Virus record (IMG/VR): IMGVR_UViG_3300017781_000005
Span: 1-59,980 of that record
Reading direction: 5' to 3' (one strand)
Length of the DNA stretch: 59,980 nt
Source: a virus
Taxonomy: Duplodnaviria; Caudoviricetes
Below are positions 1 to 9,489 of this stretch, one piece after another. Below the pieces are notes generated by a model. It worked only from the letters and a program-made list of their open reading frames with translations, ran no database searches and was not told where the DNA came from. Both the position numbers and the translations under genes were made by a program. Positions within the stretch are counted from its first letter, which is position 1. Every line of letters begins with the position of its first letter.

Positions 1-914
1 CGATTCTTGTGCTTAGTCATCATATCTCGTAGATACTGTTCTGCTTTCATCTTAGGCAGATTACCTACATCGATATAGAAAATTCTTCTTTCAGGCGCTC
101 TAGATATTCTGTAAATAACTACAGCATCTTCCATCATTCTTAACTGATTCAAAGGCTTGATTGCCTTGTGTAAGTTAGAAATGATTAATGAGTTACTCTC
201 ATTAAGTAAACCTGAATTAGCATTTACAATTGAGTCTTTAGCAATCTTTAATCCTTGAAGATCAGTATTATTTCCAGCACTTTGTACTGAACCAGATTGC
301 GATAGAAATCCTTTTTCACTATAAAGATAGTACTCATTCTTTATTCTTTTCGTTAGGAACTTGTTGTCTCCAGCCTGTACTGATCCAGACTTCTTATCTT
401 CAAATTCTCTAATCTTACGAATCTTTCTTGGATCGATATAACGCAACTCTTGAATACCCTTTCGAGGTTGCTTGACATCGATCATAACATGATAGTTGAT
501 TCTTCCGTCAACATACCACTTCTGAAAAGTGTCGTAACCAGTAGAAGAAAAGTCTAACAACTTTAATACAGTGTCAAACTCTTCTCTGATTTTCTTTTTG
601 ATGTTGTCGGGTTGATCGACCTCATCAGTAACACATTCAACAACCTTTTCGTCAGAAGAGATACTAACTGCTTCGTTAATAATATCATCTACTGCTTGTG
701 CAACTTCTGGTTGCTGTAGCATTCCTCTATATTTCTGTACAAGTTCTGCTTCTGATCTTGCACTTCCTGCGAGGTCGAGATAGCTACTAGCGGCAGTACC
801 TGTTGCCGTAATATCAATAGAGCCATCCTCAGCCTCTGGTGAAATAAATGAAGGAATATTCTTTTCTTCTTTATCACTCTTGCGCTTTATCTCGAATCCG
901 AATAATTCAGCCAT
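1..914 (-). CDS. gp20: Portal vertex protein (T4 gp20-like), truncated at the window edge
   Basis: Missing from the ORF track. Hand translation from the ATG at 914 (RBS AGAGGA upstream) gives MAELFGFEIK...WYVDGRINYH...ELRYIDPRKI...LHKAIKPLNQLRMMEDAVVIYRISRAPERRIFYIDVGNLPKMKAEQYL, which are classic gp20 motifs. It follows gp19. Confidence 0.96.
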   Translation of the reverse strand, partial: MAELFGFEIKRKSDKEEKNIPSFISPEAEDGSIDITATGTAASSYLDLAGSARSEAELVQKYRGMLQQPEVAQAVDDIINEAVSISSDEKVVECVTDEVDQPDNIKKKIREEFDTVLKLLDFSSTGYDTFQKWYVDGRINYHVMIDVKQPRKGIQELRYIDPRKIRKIREFEDKKSGSVQAGDNKFLTKRIKNEYYLYSEKGFLSQSGSVQSAGNNTDLQGLKIAKDSIVNANSGLLNESNSLIISNLHKAIKPLNQLRMMEDAVVIYRISRAPERRIFYIDVGNLPKMKAEQYLRDMMTKHKN

Positions 915-933
915 AGTTTATCCTCTAATCTTA

Positions 934-953
934 GGGAGAGTTGATTCTCTCCC
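934..953 (-). terminator. Hairpin between gp19 and gp20 (weak terminator or mRNA stability element)
   Basis: Perfect 7-bp stem GGGAGAG-N6-CTCTCCC in the intergenic gap. There is no clear U-tract, so the function is uncertain. Confidence 0.45.
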
Positions 954-973
954 GTTAATTATCGTTATCAATC

Positions 974-1528
974 TTACTCGTTAGTGGCGCCGTCTCCGGT
1001 GATTCCACCAGAAACATTCCACCAGTCATACTGGAAAGTAACATCAAAAGTTTCAATAGTGTCATTAGTACCCCAATCAGTTGTAATAGCGGCAACAGTA
1101 ATTGGGAACAAGCCGTTAAAGTTATAAGTTCTCAAAGCCTGACCAGTTTTTGAATACTGTGTGATCTGCGCTTGAGCCTTATATTCTGAAGCACTTGCTG
1201 TGCCTAATTGCGTAACATTTCCTTCGTGGGAATTGATTGAAGCCATCCATTCTTCCATAGCGTTACGGATAAGAAAGTCTTCATCGTTAATGATAGTTAC
1301 AGTCCACTCAGCGAATGTTCTGTCACCAGCAATTTTCACTTTACGACCAAAGTATGGAACTTCGATTGTTCCTAAAGTCGCTTCTGGTATCTGTGCCGCC
1401 TGTACCATAAAAGGTGTCTTTAGATCAGCAATTCCGTTAATAGGATTTGTAATCGCTACTTGGAATAGTGACGGCTTGGCACCCCCGAAGGTCAGTTGGC
1501 TTTTAATTTCATTTATGTTGAAAGCCAT
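974..1528 (-). CDS. gp19: Tail tube protein
   Basis: GGAKPSLFQV, IEVPYFGRKVKIAGDRTFAEWTVTIINDEDF and IETFDVTFQYDWW motifs; lies between sheath and portal. Confidence 0.96.
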   Translation of the reverse strand: MAFNINEIKSQLTFGGAKPSLFQVAITNPINGIADLKTPFMVQAAQIPEATLGTIEVPYFGRKVKIAGDRTFAEWTVTIINDEDFLIRNAMEEWMASINSHEGNVTQLGTASASEYKAQAQITQYSKTGQALRTYNFNGLFPITVAAITTDWGTNDTIETFDVTFQYDWWNVSGGITGDGATNE

Positions 1529-1554
1529 TTTTTATATCTCCTTGTTATTTAATA

Positions 1555-1562
1555 TATTTATT
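1555..1562 (-). promoter_or_regulatory. Late promoter variant (AATAAATA) for gp19
   Basis: One mismatch to TATAAATA, overlaps the gp18 stop, 27 nt upstream of gp19. Confidence 0.55.
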
Positions 1563-3882
1563 AAGCCTGACCAACGATCTCTTTGAACTCTACGCCTGAT
1601 CTAACAGCTACAAAGTTCAACTGGATGAAGTTGATAGAACGAGCTGGCTTGACATAAATGTCGCCAACAAACTGATTGTTGTTAACAACATTATCAGTAT
1701 TGTTTGATGCATCACAAACTACTTTAAAGTCGTAAATGCCTCGTCTACCTTGAACATCTCTCAAGAACGGTTCAACTAAGTTTACAAATTGCGCTCTAGT
1801 GAACTCATCGTTAAATTCGAATAGAGTTGACTTGGCCGCTCTACTAATTGTCTTCTCAAGAACAATGAACAGTCTTCGCACATTAATTCTATCAAATGCG
1901 CTAGTAACTCCAGTAAATGTCTTATCTCCAAATAACACAGTACCTTGTCCTGGTTGAGTGATTACTGGATTAACGCCATTCTTATAGAGCAAATCTCTCT
2001 CTGCTTTACTAGGATTAACTAGTAACTTAACAACATTCTTAACATTACCTCTTTGATAACCAGCTGGTGAGAACCAAGGATCTCTTAGATCGTCTGTTCT
2101 AGCACAAAGACCTGCAATGTCACCATTCAAAGGAATATATGTGTAAACATCGTTATACTTGTCGTATTGATACTTATATCCACTATCTACAACAGCGTAA
2201 GAAGATTTTGTCACTGAATTAGAGAATGAAATCACATCTGTTACAGTAGTGTCAGCAAGTTCTGGAGAAATGAATGCTACGCAATCTCTACGAACCTCAG
2301 CTACATTATCGATAATGTAGTTAGCCAAAACATGGCTGTCTTTAGCCTTTCCTTGAAGAATAAACGAAATGTCTACATCAGCAGGATCTACATATAGATC
2401 ATAACCAGCCGCTAGATTGCTAATAGTTGCGCTATTTTCATCAGCACCGTCATTACCACCTGATAGCAAGTTACCTGATCTAACTTTAGTAAATTCGGCT
2501 GAATTCGCTTCTGTAATCTTAATCCAATTAGACTCTTCTTCTAATACATTGTATACCCAGTTAGATGAGCCGTCTGATTTTTTAGCAGTAGAAATTGTTG
2601 AAACATTTTCAAAGATTTCTAAGATTGAACCTGCTGTGCCAGTAACCTTTCCATCAGCGTCTCTAACAACAATGTGAATACTTCCTACACTTGGCTGAGC
2701 ATCGAATAAGTCTGCATCTCCCCACTGTACTTCGTAATCGTTGTGATCGATATCAGCAATAATTCCTGTAAATCTTTCTTCAAATTGTACTGTCACATTT
2801 AAGCTAGTGAATGGAATAAGCTGTGAATTAGTATCTGTATTAGTAGGTCGGCTAGTAAGCTGAACATTTTTAGGAGATGCATCTGTATGATCAAGTGCAT
2901 CTTGTTTAGTTAATGCTAATTTAACAGCATCTGTAGTAGTTCCAGTAACAGAACCACCCGTAGTAAATTCAGCACCGTCTGTTCCTTTACCAGCTGAAGC
3001 TGTTACAGGAATAGCATAGTAGACTCTACCGTTTTCAAGACCGCCAATCGTACCATTGCCATTTGGATTATACTTAACTGCTTGACCTAAAGTGAAGCCG
3101 TGAGTCTGTAGGTTAATGATACTACCATTAGTTCCTAAATCTACTACACTTTCGCCACCAGAAGCATCACCGTCTCTATCAGCACTTTCAGACTGAAGTA
3201 CTACACCACTGTCGGTAGCGGATGACGGTACCGCATCTGGTTCAAATGCTTTTGCTGTGCCTTCAACACCACCTTGAATGTTAGTAACATCTTCTTTTAC
3301 TGTCATTTTTTGAAGAACTTCTGAACCACTACCTTTGATGATTACTTTTGTACCTTTACGCAAAAACGCTACAGATGTTGCGGATGCACCTTCTATTGTT
3401 GCCTGAGTTCTTGAACCGTCTACTATATCTATAGTACCCTTATTGGTTAAAGCTGTTGAACTGAAACGCACTTGTTCGGTAGCATCAGCATCAGTATCAT
3501 TAACACAGTATGATACAGAAATAGAGTTTCCTAATAGACCCTTATATTTTGCTGTGAAGTTTTCATCTGTTTCGGTTGCATCTGCTAGACCGGTAGTGCC
3601 TACACGAGTCACATAAAGTGCATCACTATAACCTAAAAAGTTTGCCGCAGTGTAGAATGTTTCCACATTCGACCAGAAACTTCCGTAACCTGCCGCATAA
3701 AGTTTAACTGGAGCGCCAAAGCGATCCACTAATTCTTGCTCCGAAGAGACGAGTACTCGTTCTCCTACTGGCCCCCATCGAAATACACCTGCAATTGCAC
3801 CCTCGGTTGTACCAACCGCCGGAACTGCATTAGTTAAATCGACTTCACTGACATTAATGCCCGGACTTGTTTGAAAAGCCAT
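1561..3882 (-). CDS. gp18: Tail sheath protein with an internal insertion
   Basis: SPGINVSEVDLT N-terminus; PWFSPAG, GDKT, FDRINVRRLF and IYVKPARSINFIQLNFVA motifs. Confidence 0.97.
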   Translation of the reverse strand: MAFQTSPGINVSEVDLTNAVPAVGTTEGAIAGVFRWGPVGERVLVSSEQELVDRFGAPVKLYAAGYGSFWSNVETFYTAANFLGYSDALYVTRVGTTGLADATETDENFTAKYKGLLGNSISVSYCVNDTDADATEQVRFSSTALTNKGTIDIVDGSRTQATIEGASATSVAFLRKGTKVIIKGSGSEVLQKMTVKEDVTNIQGGVEGTAKAFEPDAVPSSATDSGVVLQSESADRDGDASGGESVVDLGTNGSIINLQTHGFTLGQAVKYNPNGNGTIGGLENGRVYYAIPVTASAGKGTDGAEFTTGGSVTGTTTDAVKLALTKQDALDHTDASPKNVQLTSRPTNTDTNSQLIPFTSLNVTVQFEERFTGIIADIDHNDYEVQWGDADLFDAQPSVGSIHIVVRDADGKVTGTAGSILEIFENVSTISTAKKSDGSSNWVYNVLEEESNWIKITEANSAEFTKVRSGNLLSGGNDGADENSATISNLAAGYDLYVDPADVDISFILQGKAKDSHVLANYIIDNVAEVRRDCVAFISPELADTTVTDVISFSNSVTKSSYAVVDSGYKYQYDKYNDVYTYIPLNGDIAGLCARTDDLRDPWFSPAGYQRGNVKNVVKLLVNPSKAERDLLYKNGVNPVITQPGQGTVLFGDKTFTGVTSAFDRINVRRLFIVLEKTISRAAKSTLFEFNDEFTRAQFVNLVEPFLRDVQGRRGIYDFKVVCDASNNTDNVVNNNQFVGDIYVKPARSINFIQLNFVAVRSGVEFKEIVGQA

Positions 3883-3933
3883 TGTTGATTTCTCCTTGTT
3901 TATTTTGTAAGTTATAAACTTCTATATTCTCTA

Positions 3934-3941
3934 TATTTATA
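3934..3941 (-). promoter_or_regulatory. T4-type late promoter TATAAATA for gp18
   Basis: Exact consensus in the gp17-gp18 intergenic gap. Confidence 0.85.
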
Positions 3942-3952
3942 ATAATAGCGAT

Positions 3953-5578
3953 CTAGTGCAACAACCAGGAATCATCTCCGTCTGCCGCTAACATCGCTTG
4001 GCTCTCGTCAGTTGTTTCATAACTATTAAATCCAATGGGCAATAAACTTTCCATTAGTTCGTTTTCATTTCTTTGACGCAGTTTATCCACAGTATTTATA
4101 TCTGTGATTTCTTTGAAAAATCCTTGATCTGACATCCAAGCAAAGAGTACAAGACCCATTGCTAAGTCGTCATGTTTTCCAGATTCAGCCTGATAAGTAT
4201 TACCTCTACGAGAGAATGTAGATAGTTCATTAACTGTTTGAAAATCGTTTATAATCAGTTGATCCTGCTCAACGAGCATTTTAAGCATATTACAGCCTTG
4301 TGTTTTAACTGACTTTGTTGTTCTTATTCCCTTATCTGTGTTTTTTGAGAATCCAGTCGATAGTCTTTTACCAGATCGACCCGCAGACTCAGTAAACATA
4401 AGAGTTTCACATTCATATTCATAATGTAGCACTTCTGCTACTTGTTCACCTATATCGTTTATCTCTACCAATACATATGCATCGTTATAATTTTTGATAG
4501 TTCTATGTATTACTTGAGCGTAATCAATAGGCGTAATTGTGTTGTCTTTGTACACACAAACTTGTTTATACGGCATAGTTGTCACATCAACAATGTGAAA
4601 TGCCGAGTAATCTAATCCTTTACCTCTTGAAACATCAACAACACAGCAGTAAATGTTGCCTCGTTGAGGCTTCTCATATACTTTCATAAGTGTAGTTTCA
4701 TATATTGGCGTCTTTGTTACCAATGTTTTAAGTTTAGAGCCTTCAATCAATGTGCCTGAAGAGCCCAAAAATGCACACTCAAACTCTTGATTAAACTTTT
4801 GAGTGTCATGATCCATAGCGGCAAGAGTTTCTTCTCTCCACTTCTTACCTCTACCCGGTACTTTTTGCCAAGGCACTTCAACATACTCAAACCCATTTAC
4901 ATCTTCTTTTGCACCTTGACAGGTTTTGTAAAAATGATTTAATCCATTCGGTGTTGATGTGTATAACATCTTTGTTGTTTCACCAGATGAAATCGTTGGA
5001 AATACTGATGCAAAGAACTCATCCCAGTTCTCTACGAATGCTGTTTCATCAATATACAAGAACGAAATCGATTTACCACGAATCGCACTTGATGATGTTG
5101 CACCTGCAATGATCTTACATCCGTTCTCAAATTCAACAGAACCTTTGTTCCATTCAATTACACCTTGTTGCAACCACTTGGGTAATGCTTCATATGCAAT
5201 CTTAATTCGATCAAGTATTTCACGAGCGGCATCACCTTTGTTTGCAAGTAATGCACAAGTCTTGTGTTCATTAAAGATTACATAGTGTAGAATCACAGCA
5301 ACAGCAGTTGTTGTTTTACCTGCCTGTCGTGATGTTACAACTGTTACCCTACGATTATTTGTTATCTTGTCTACAATTTCTTTCTGATAATCATATAGTT
5401 TGATTGGTATCAAACCCTTATCCACATGAACTATTTGAATATATTTCTCGGAGAAGTAAATAGGATCACGGGCACACTTGATGAACTCACCAACCATATC
5501 TGGACTAAACTCAATGGGCGTACCCTTTCGTTTTAGATTGATATTGCCGTTATAGCCTCGTTCAAGCATATTAGCCAT
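3953..5578 (-). CDS. gp17: Terminase large subunit
   Basis: Walker A SRQAGKTTT, Walker B FLYIDE, STPNGLNHFY, nuclease DVSRG..DYS and HDDL motifs; no intein visible. Confidence 0.97.
   Translation of the reverse strand: MANMLERGYNGNINLKRKGTPIEFSPDMVGEFIKCARDPIYFSEKYIQIVHVDKGLIPIKLYDYQKEIVDKITNNRRVTVVTSRQAGKTTTAVAVILHYVIFNEHKTCALLANKGDAAREILDRIKIAYEALPKWLQQGVIEWNKGSVEFENGCKIIAGATSSSAIRGKSISFLYIDETAFVENWDEFFASVFPTISSGETTKMLYTSTPNGLNHFYKTCQGAKEDVNGFEYVEVPWQKVPGRGKKWREETLAAMDHDTQKFNQEFECAFLGSSGTLIEGSKLKTLVTKTPIYETTLMKVYEKPQRGNIYCCVVDVSRGKGLDYSAFHIVDVTTMPYKQVCVYKDNTITPIDYAQVIHRTIKNYNDAYVLVEINDIGEQVAEVLHYEYECETLMFTESAGRSGKRLSTGFSKNTDKGIRTTKSVKTQGCNMLKMLVEQDQLIINDFQTVNELSTFSRRGNTYQAESGKHDDLAMGLVLFAWMSDQGFFKEITDINTVDKLRQRNENELMESLLPIGFNSYETTDESQAMLAADGDDSWLLH
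4093..4100 (-). promoter_or_regulatory. Possible internal late promoter in the 3' end of gp17
   Basis: Exact TATAAATA about 210 nt upstream of gp18. Confidence 0.4.
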
Positions 5579-5999
5579 CTTTTTCTTTCATGTCCTTCAA
5601 CAACTGCTGTAGTTCGTTTGTTGATCCAACAAACAGATTGTTGTTAGTTGTTACACCTTTAGTCGAGTCTGGATTTGACTCGCCCTCTACTTTTAATTTG
5701 TCTGTAGACATTTTAACCAAATCTTTGTTGGCATCTACAAGAGTTTTCATGATAGTCGAAACGACCTCATATGCTCTTGGATGCTCTGATGCTTTTGCCA
5801 CATCGAGCATTTGCTCTAACGCCTCTGTACCAGATTCGATTACATTGTAGAAGTTACTTCTAGCATACTCATAATCTTTATCCATCTTGTCGTCAGTGGG
5901 AACTACTGTTCTTTCAATCACTTTCCCTTCAACTACATCATCCAGAGGCTCAAGTCCTAGACTTTTACCTATTTCATCATTCATATTATATTGTTCCAT
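5571..5999 (-). CDS. gp16: Terminase small subunit
   Basis: DYEYARSN, ASEHPRAYEV and NNNLFVGST.ELQ motifs; immediately upstream of gp17. Confidence 0.93.
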   Translation of the reverse strand: MEQYNMNDEIGKSLGLEPLDDVVEGKVIERTVVPTDDKMDKDYEYARSNFYNVIESGTEALEQMLDVAKASEHPRAYEVVSTIMKTLVDANKDLVKMSTDKLKVEGESNPDSTKGVTTNNNLFVGSTNELQQLLKDMKEKDG

Positions 6000-6951
6000 C
6001 TCCGTCTGATATTACAGTTAATGCTTTCCAGTCATCATTTTCATCTATTTGACTTAAATCAACACTTACCGATGAGCCTGGAGGCACATCACTAGCTACA
6101 TTAGCGGGTGCTTGATAAGTGTCTCCGACTTTATAATTTGTAGTTTGTGTTCCTAAATACACACTCCACGCAGTTCTATTTTGTATATTAGTACCTGATC
6201 CTAAATCAACAATTCTGTATGTTGTTCCTGTTACAGTGCCAGAAGGATCTATTGGACCTAAAGTGGGCATAACTTCAATTTGCTCACCGCCATCACCTTG
6301 AATCATTGATGGATATAGATCAACATCAATAAACTTAATCTGCTTCTTAGTTTGCATAGGAGAAAAGAAGTACGCTTTCATAGTGAAGTTTAGTGTCCAT
6401 ATCAATGCTCTTCTTGTCTGAAAGTCTCCATCATAAGTATCTTCTTGAGAAACGCTATTCAAAACCACAGGTATATCAACATATCCCATATCGTCTACCA
6501 TTTGAACACTTACTGTACAATCTGGCTTGAAGAATGGAAGTATCTGCTCGATTATCTTCATACCATCTTCGTTATACTTTGTCATTATGTTGAGTTGAAA
6601 CTCGATGTCATAAGGAGCGGGAGTATACATCGTCTTTACTCCGCCATCAGCAAGTGGCGAACCCTTGATTTGCTTTGTCAGACTGGTAAGTTTTCTCTCT
6701 GCACTGTAAGCCATGCCCGTTATCTCAAACGACATTCTAGGCAAAGTTATAGCAGACTTATTGTTTAGATTGGGATCTTGATCTAGTCTGACTAAAATCT
6801 TTTCTTTTGGAGCATAGTTGATAGGCACTTTCATCCTTTGAAGAGAGTTGCCAGAAGTATCCTTTCTAGTTATTTCGATGTCATTGAATAGTGTGCCAAA
6901 TACAGCAACATATCTTCTCGTAGACTCGTGATAAAAGTGATTGCCAAACAT
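5986..6951 (-). CDS. gp15: Tail sheath stabiliser/terminator with a C-terminal extra module
   Basis: HFYHES.RRYV..FG.LFNDI, LPRMSFEI, IIEQILPFF.P and RRALIWTLNF motifs. Confidence 0.93.
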   Translation of the reverse strand: MFGNHFYHESTRRYVAVFGTLFNDIEITRKDTSGNSLQRMKVPINYAPKEKILVRLDQDPNLNNKSAITLPRMSFEITGMAYSAERKLTSLTKQIKGSPLADGGVKTMYTPAPYDIEFQLNIMTKYNEDGMKIIEQILPFFKPDCTVSVQMVDDMGYVDIPVVLNSVSQEDTYDGDFQTRRALIWTLNFTMKAYFFSPMQTKKQIKFIDVDLYPSMIQGDGGEQIEVMPTLGPIDPSGTVTGTTYRIVDLGSGTNIQNRTAWSVYLGTQTTNYKVGDTYQAPANVASDVPPGSSVSVDLSQIDENDDWKALTVISDGDGTI

Positions 6952-7982
6952 TAGAAGTTATTATCTCCAAAAGGATTCATTTCAGTGAAGTCTATTATGT
7001 TGTCTGCTGTTGTTTCAATGCTTGTGTTAGTTGCTAGAGAGTCATATGCCTCTACATTATCAACTCTAGAAGACACAATAGAAACCTTTCCGTAAGAAGA
7101 ACCATCAACAGTTCTATAATAATAATTCAAACTTGTATCAATATCTGATGGAGGATTAAATGTCGTTTTAGCTCCTGCGCTACCAGGAGTGCCTGTAGAG
7201 ACTTGACCGCCTACTAACTCTCCACTATTGGCACCTACAGTAGTGTATATTCCTATAGTTTGACCAGTGTTTGACGAATCTGACTGGTCAAATACATAAG
7301 TCTTTCCTATTTCAAGTTCTAAGAACAGGTTCTTAGTCGGTGTATCTTTAATGGCAGTGCTGGTATTTACTTTTTCTAAGAAGAATCCGTTATCGTATGT
7401 TGTGTTGTAAGTAACATCCGAAGTCTCGACAAACAAGTCAACATCGGCAAAATTGTGATCAATAAAGTCATGACCAGTATTGAATAGTTCACCACTATAT
7501 TCGAACAACTCGGCACGAAGATCGTACATTTGAAGTGCGCCCATTTGATAGAAAACAGGCTCATGCTCAACATATTTGATTTCGAAAATCTTTTTATTTA
7601 GAGGCAAGTATATTAAGTCGCCTTCTAAAGGTCTAGTGTTTGATTCAGTCGCTCCACGATGTGGTATAACATCGCTTTCATAAGTTCTTCTTGCGACTGT
7701 TAATGTTATTGAATCACGAATTTCAAGACCAAACTTAGATAAGAAGTCACCTTCACCTTCGAAGCCATCAACATTCTTAATATACATCTCGATCATGTGC
7801 GCTTCATTATACTCTATGTAACCCGATCTGGTTTCGTTAAATATAGAGTCTCTTTGAGTGCTAGTTCTAGGTATATACCAAACATCTATTCCGTAGATTT
7901 TTATAGATTCGATAACCAAGTCTTCAATGAGCGATTGCTCCATTGAGTTCTCGTAGTTTTCGAAATAATAGTTTTTAGCCAC
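6951..7982 (-). CDS. gp14: Neck protein gp14 with an inserted cupredoxin-like module
   Basis: EQ.LIEDLV.ESIKIYG, GFEGEGDFLSKFGLEI, RP.EGDLIYLP and the C-terminal DFTE.NPFG motifs. Confidence 0.93.
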   Translation of the reverse strand: MAKNYYFENYENSMEQSLIEDLVIESIKIYGIDVWYIPRTSTQRDSIFNETRSGYIEYNEAHMIEMYIKNVDGFEGEGDFLSKFGLEIRDSITLTVARRTYESDVIPHRGATESNTRPLEGDLIYLPLNKKIFEIKYVEHEPVFYQMGALQMYDLRAELFEYSGELFNTGHDFIDHNFADVDLFVETSDVTYNTTYDNGFFLEKVNTSTAIKDTPTKNLFLELEIGKTYVFDQSDSSNTGQTIGIYTTVGANSGELVGGQVSTGTPGSAGAKTTFNPPSDIDTSLNYYYRTVDGSSYGKVSIVSSRVDNVEAYDSLATNTSIETTADNIIDFTEMNPFGDNNF

Positions 7983-7986
7983 GCTT

Positions 7987-8994
7987 TTATCCTATCATAT
8001 CAGATGCGGGTAAAGAGTAGCTATTGATAATTTCTTCTTCTAGCCGTTGAATCTCTTCTCTTGCATCATTTAAAATTTGTTCTCCATTGAACTGTATATT
8101 ACCTGGTAATGTCAAACCAGCGAACTTGGTAATATTTGAGCCCCACTGATATTTAATTTTTGCTGTTGCGTAGTTTTGTAACCAACGATCTTTCCAAACA
8201 TCTGAAAATGTTTGAGGATCTACAACTTGATATGCTTCTACCACAATGTAAGTTCCTACCGTTAGATTATCCCAGTCCATATCTAACGAAATTTTATCTT
8301 GATGGCGATTATATCTCATGGGAACTTTACCGACTAGTAGTTCCTCTATGAGTTGCATATGTTGCATCGACATCTGAAAGTTTATTAGGGGACCCATATT
8401 AATATCGTGCAGATTATGTAACACATATTGATATTTTGCGTTAAATATACCATTGCCGAAAGTCGCATTAGACTCTGGCGTAAATACATTGATTGCGCCA
8501 ATGATGTTTTCTGGTACAGGAATATATCTTAATTCATAAGTGCCTTTAAAGGCAGTAGTTATTGCTCTACGATTGCTGGCCGCGGTACCATGCTTTGCCG
8601 CAAATGCAGGACTTGAGACAAATTTAGTGGCATCAAAATCCCCAAATGTAGGTTTTTTGAAGAATACCCTTTTATTAGTTACATCGATTGCCACAATAGT
8701 TGCTGTTGCTGTTGCTGTCGCATCTGCGGTTGTATTATCTTCATACTCAGAAATTACTTCACCAACTACAAAGTCGCCTTCTTCTAGTGTTGCAAACTCT
8801 ACATACGAATTTAATACTCGATATTTAACATAAGTCTTTTCGACTCCATCGAAATGATAGTCTTGGTAGTAAGAAAGTGCTTCATCAATACGATCATCTG
8901 CTTGATCTTGATCGACATTGATTTCGATGACTGGTTTACCCAGCTTTCTAAGACAATACTCTCTAAACTCTGATTTATTTGTTGGCTGTGCCAT
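7987..8994 (-). CDS. gp13: Neck protein gp13
   Basis: YCLRKLGKPVIEINV..DQ..DRIDEAL, YHFDG and WGSNI.KF....LPG....NG motifs. Confidence 0.94.
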   Translation of the reverse strand: MAQPTNKSEFREYCLRKLGKPVIEINVDQDQADDRIDEALSYYQDYHFDGVEKTYVKYRVLNSYVEFATLEEGDFVVGEVISEYEDNTTADATATATATIVAIDVTNKRVFFKKPTFGDFDATKFVSSPAFAAKHGTAASNRRAITTAFKGTYELRYIPVPENIIGAINVFTPESNATFGNGIFNAKYQYVLHNLHDINMGPLINFQMSMQHMQLIEELLVGKVPMRYNRHQDKISLDMDWDNLTVGTYIVVEAYQVVDPQTFSDVWKDRWLQNYATAKIKYQWGSNITKFAGLTLPGNIQFNGEQILNDAREEIQRLEEEIINSYSLPASDMIG

Positions 8995-9026
8995 GCTTAT
9001 ATCCTAGATTTTGTTGATATATTAAG

Positions 9027-9034
9027 TATTTATA
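9027..9034 (-). promoter_or_regulatory. Late promoter TATAAATA for gp13-gp17
   Basis: Exact consensus 33 nt upstream of gp13. Confidence 0.85.
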
Positions 9035-9045
9035 CACTAAGATTA

Positions 9046-9417
9046 TTACTTAGTTATTCCACCAGTTACTGTGATAGTACCTTCTAAGACACGAGTCACT
9101 ACAGGGGTAGAGGCATTAGATACAATCTCTACATCATAAAGATATCTGCCTGGTTCTATGCTGTTTGTTCCAACTTGAGTTACTGTAGTTCCGTCAACAA
9201 CATCTGCATTTGGGAGTTCTAGCGTGATTTTACCGCCGTTATCATTGTGTGTACAGATAAAATTAGCAGTTATCGTACTTGTAACGAAGTTTTTTCGAAT
9301 TTGTGACCTAGCTGTATATCCAGTGAGGTCGAATAACTGACCATTACTGGCCAAGACATCGACTGTAGCCGAAAAGTCTGAACCTTGATCAATTGTTAGG
9401 TTTGATTTGATTGCCAT
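9046..9417 (-). CDS. Small beta-rich virion protein (BppU N-terminal-like)
   Basis: NL.IDQGSDF, DLTGYT..SQIRK and GRYLYDVEI...TRVLEG.ITV pattern, recalled as a common neighbour of gp13 in marine T4-like phages. Confidence 0.7.
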   Translation of the reverse strand: MAIKSNLTIDQGSDFSATVDVLASNGQLFDLTGYTARSQIRKNFVTSTITANFICTHNDNGGKITLELPNADVVDGTTVTQVGTNSIEPGRYLYDVEIVSNASTPVVTRVLEGTITVTGGITK

Positions 9418-9441
9418 AAAATTTCTCCAATAGATACTACA

Positions 9442-9457
9442 GTTATTTATAAATAAC
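9442..9457. promoter_or_regulatory. Palindromic bidirectional late promoter GTTATTTATAAATAAC
   Basis: 16-bp perfect palindrome with TATAAATA on plus (9448-9455) and minus (9444-9451), between divergent genes. Confidence 0.85.
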
Positions 9458-9489
9458 AGAATAACCCTATATAACTAATTGGAAGAATT

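Noticed and set aside
689-877. 62-aa minus-strand ORF in the track
   Set aside because: Alternate frame inside the portal gene gp20, which starts at 914 and runs off the window.
3953-5578. Intein, intron or homing endonuclease in the terminase
   Set aside because: Normal length with contiguous motifs; no splicing or endonuclease signature.
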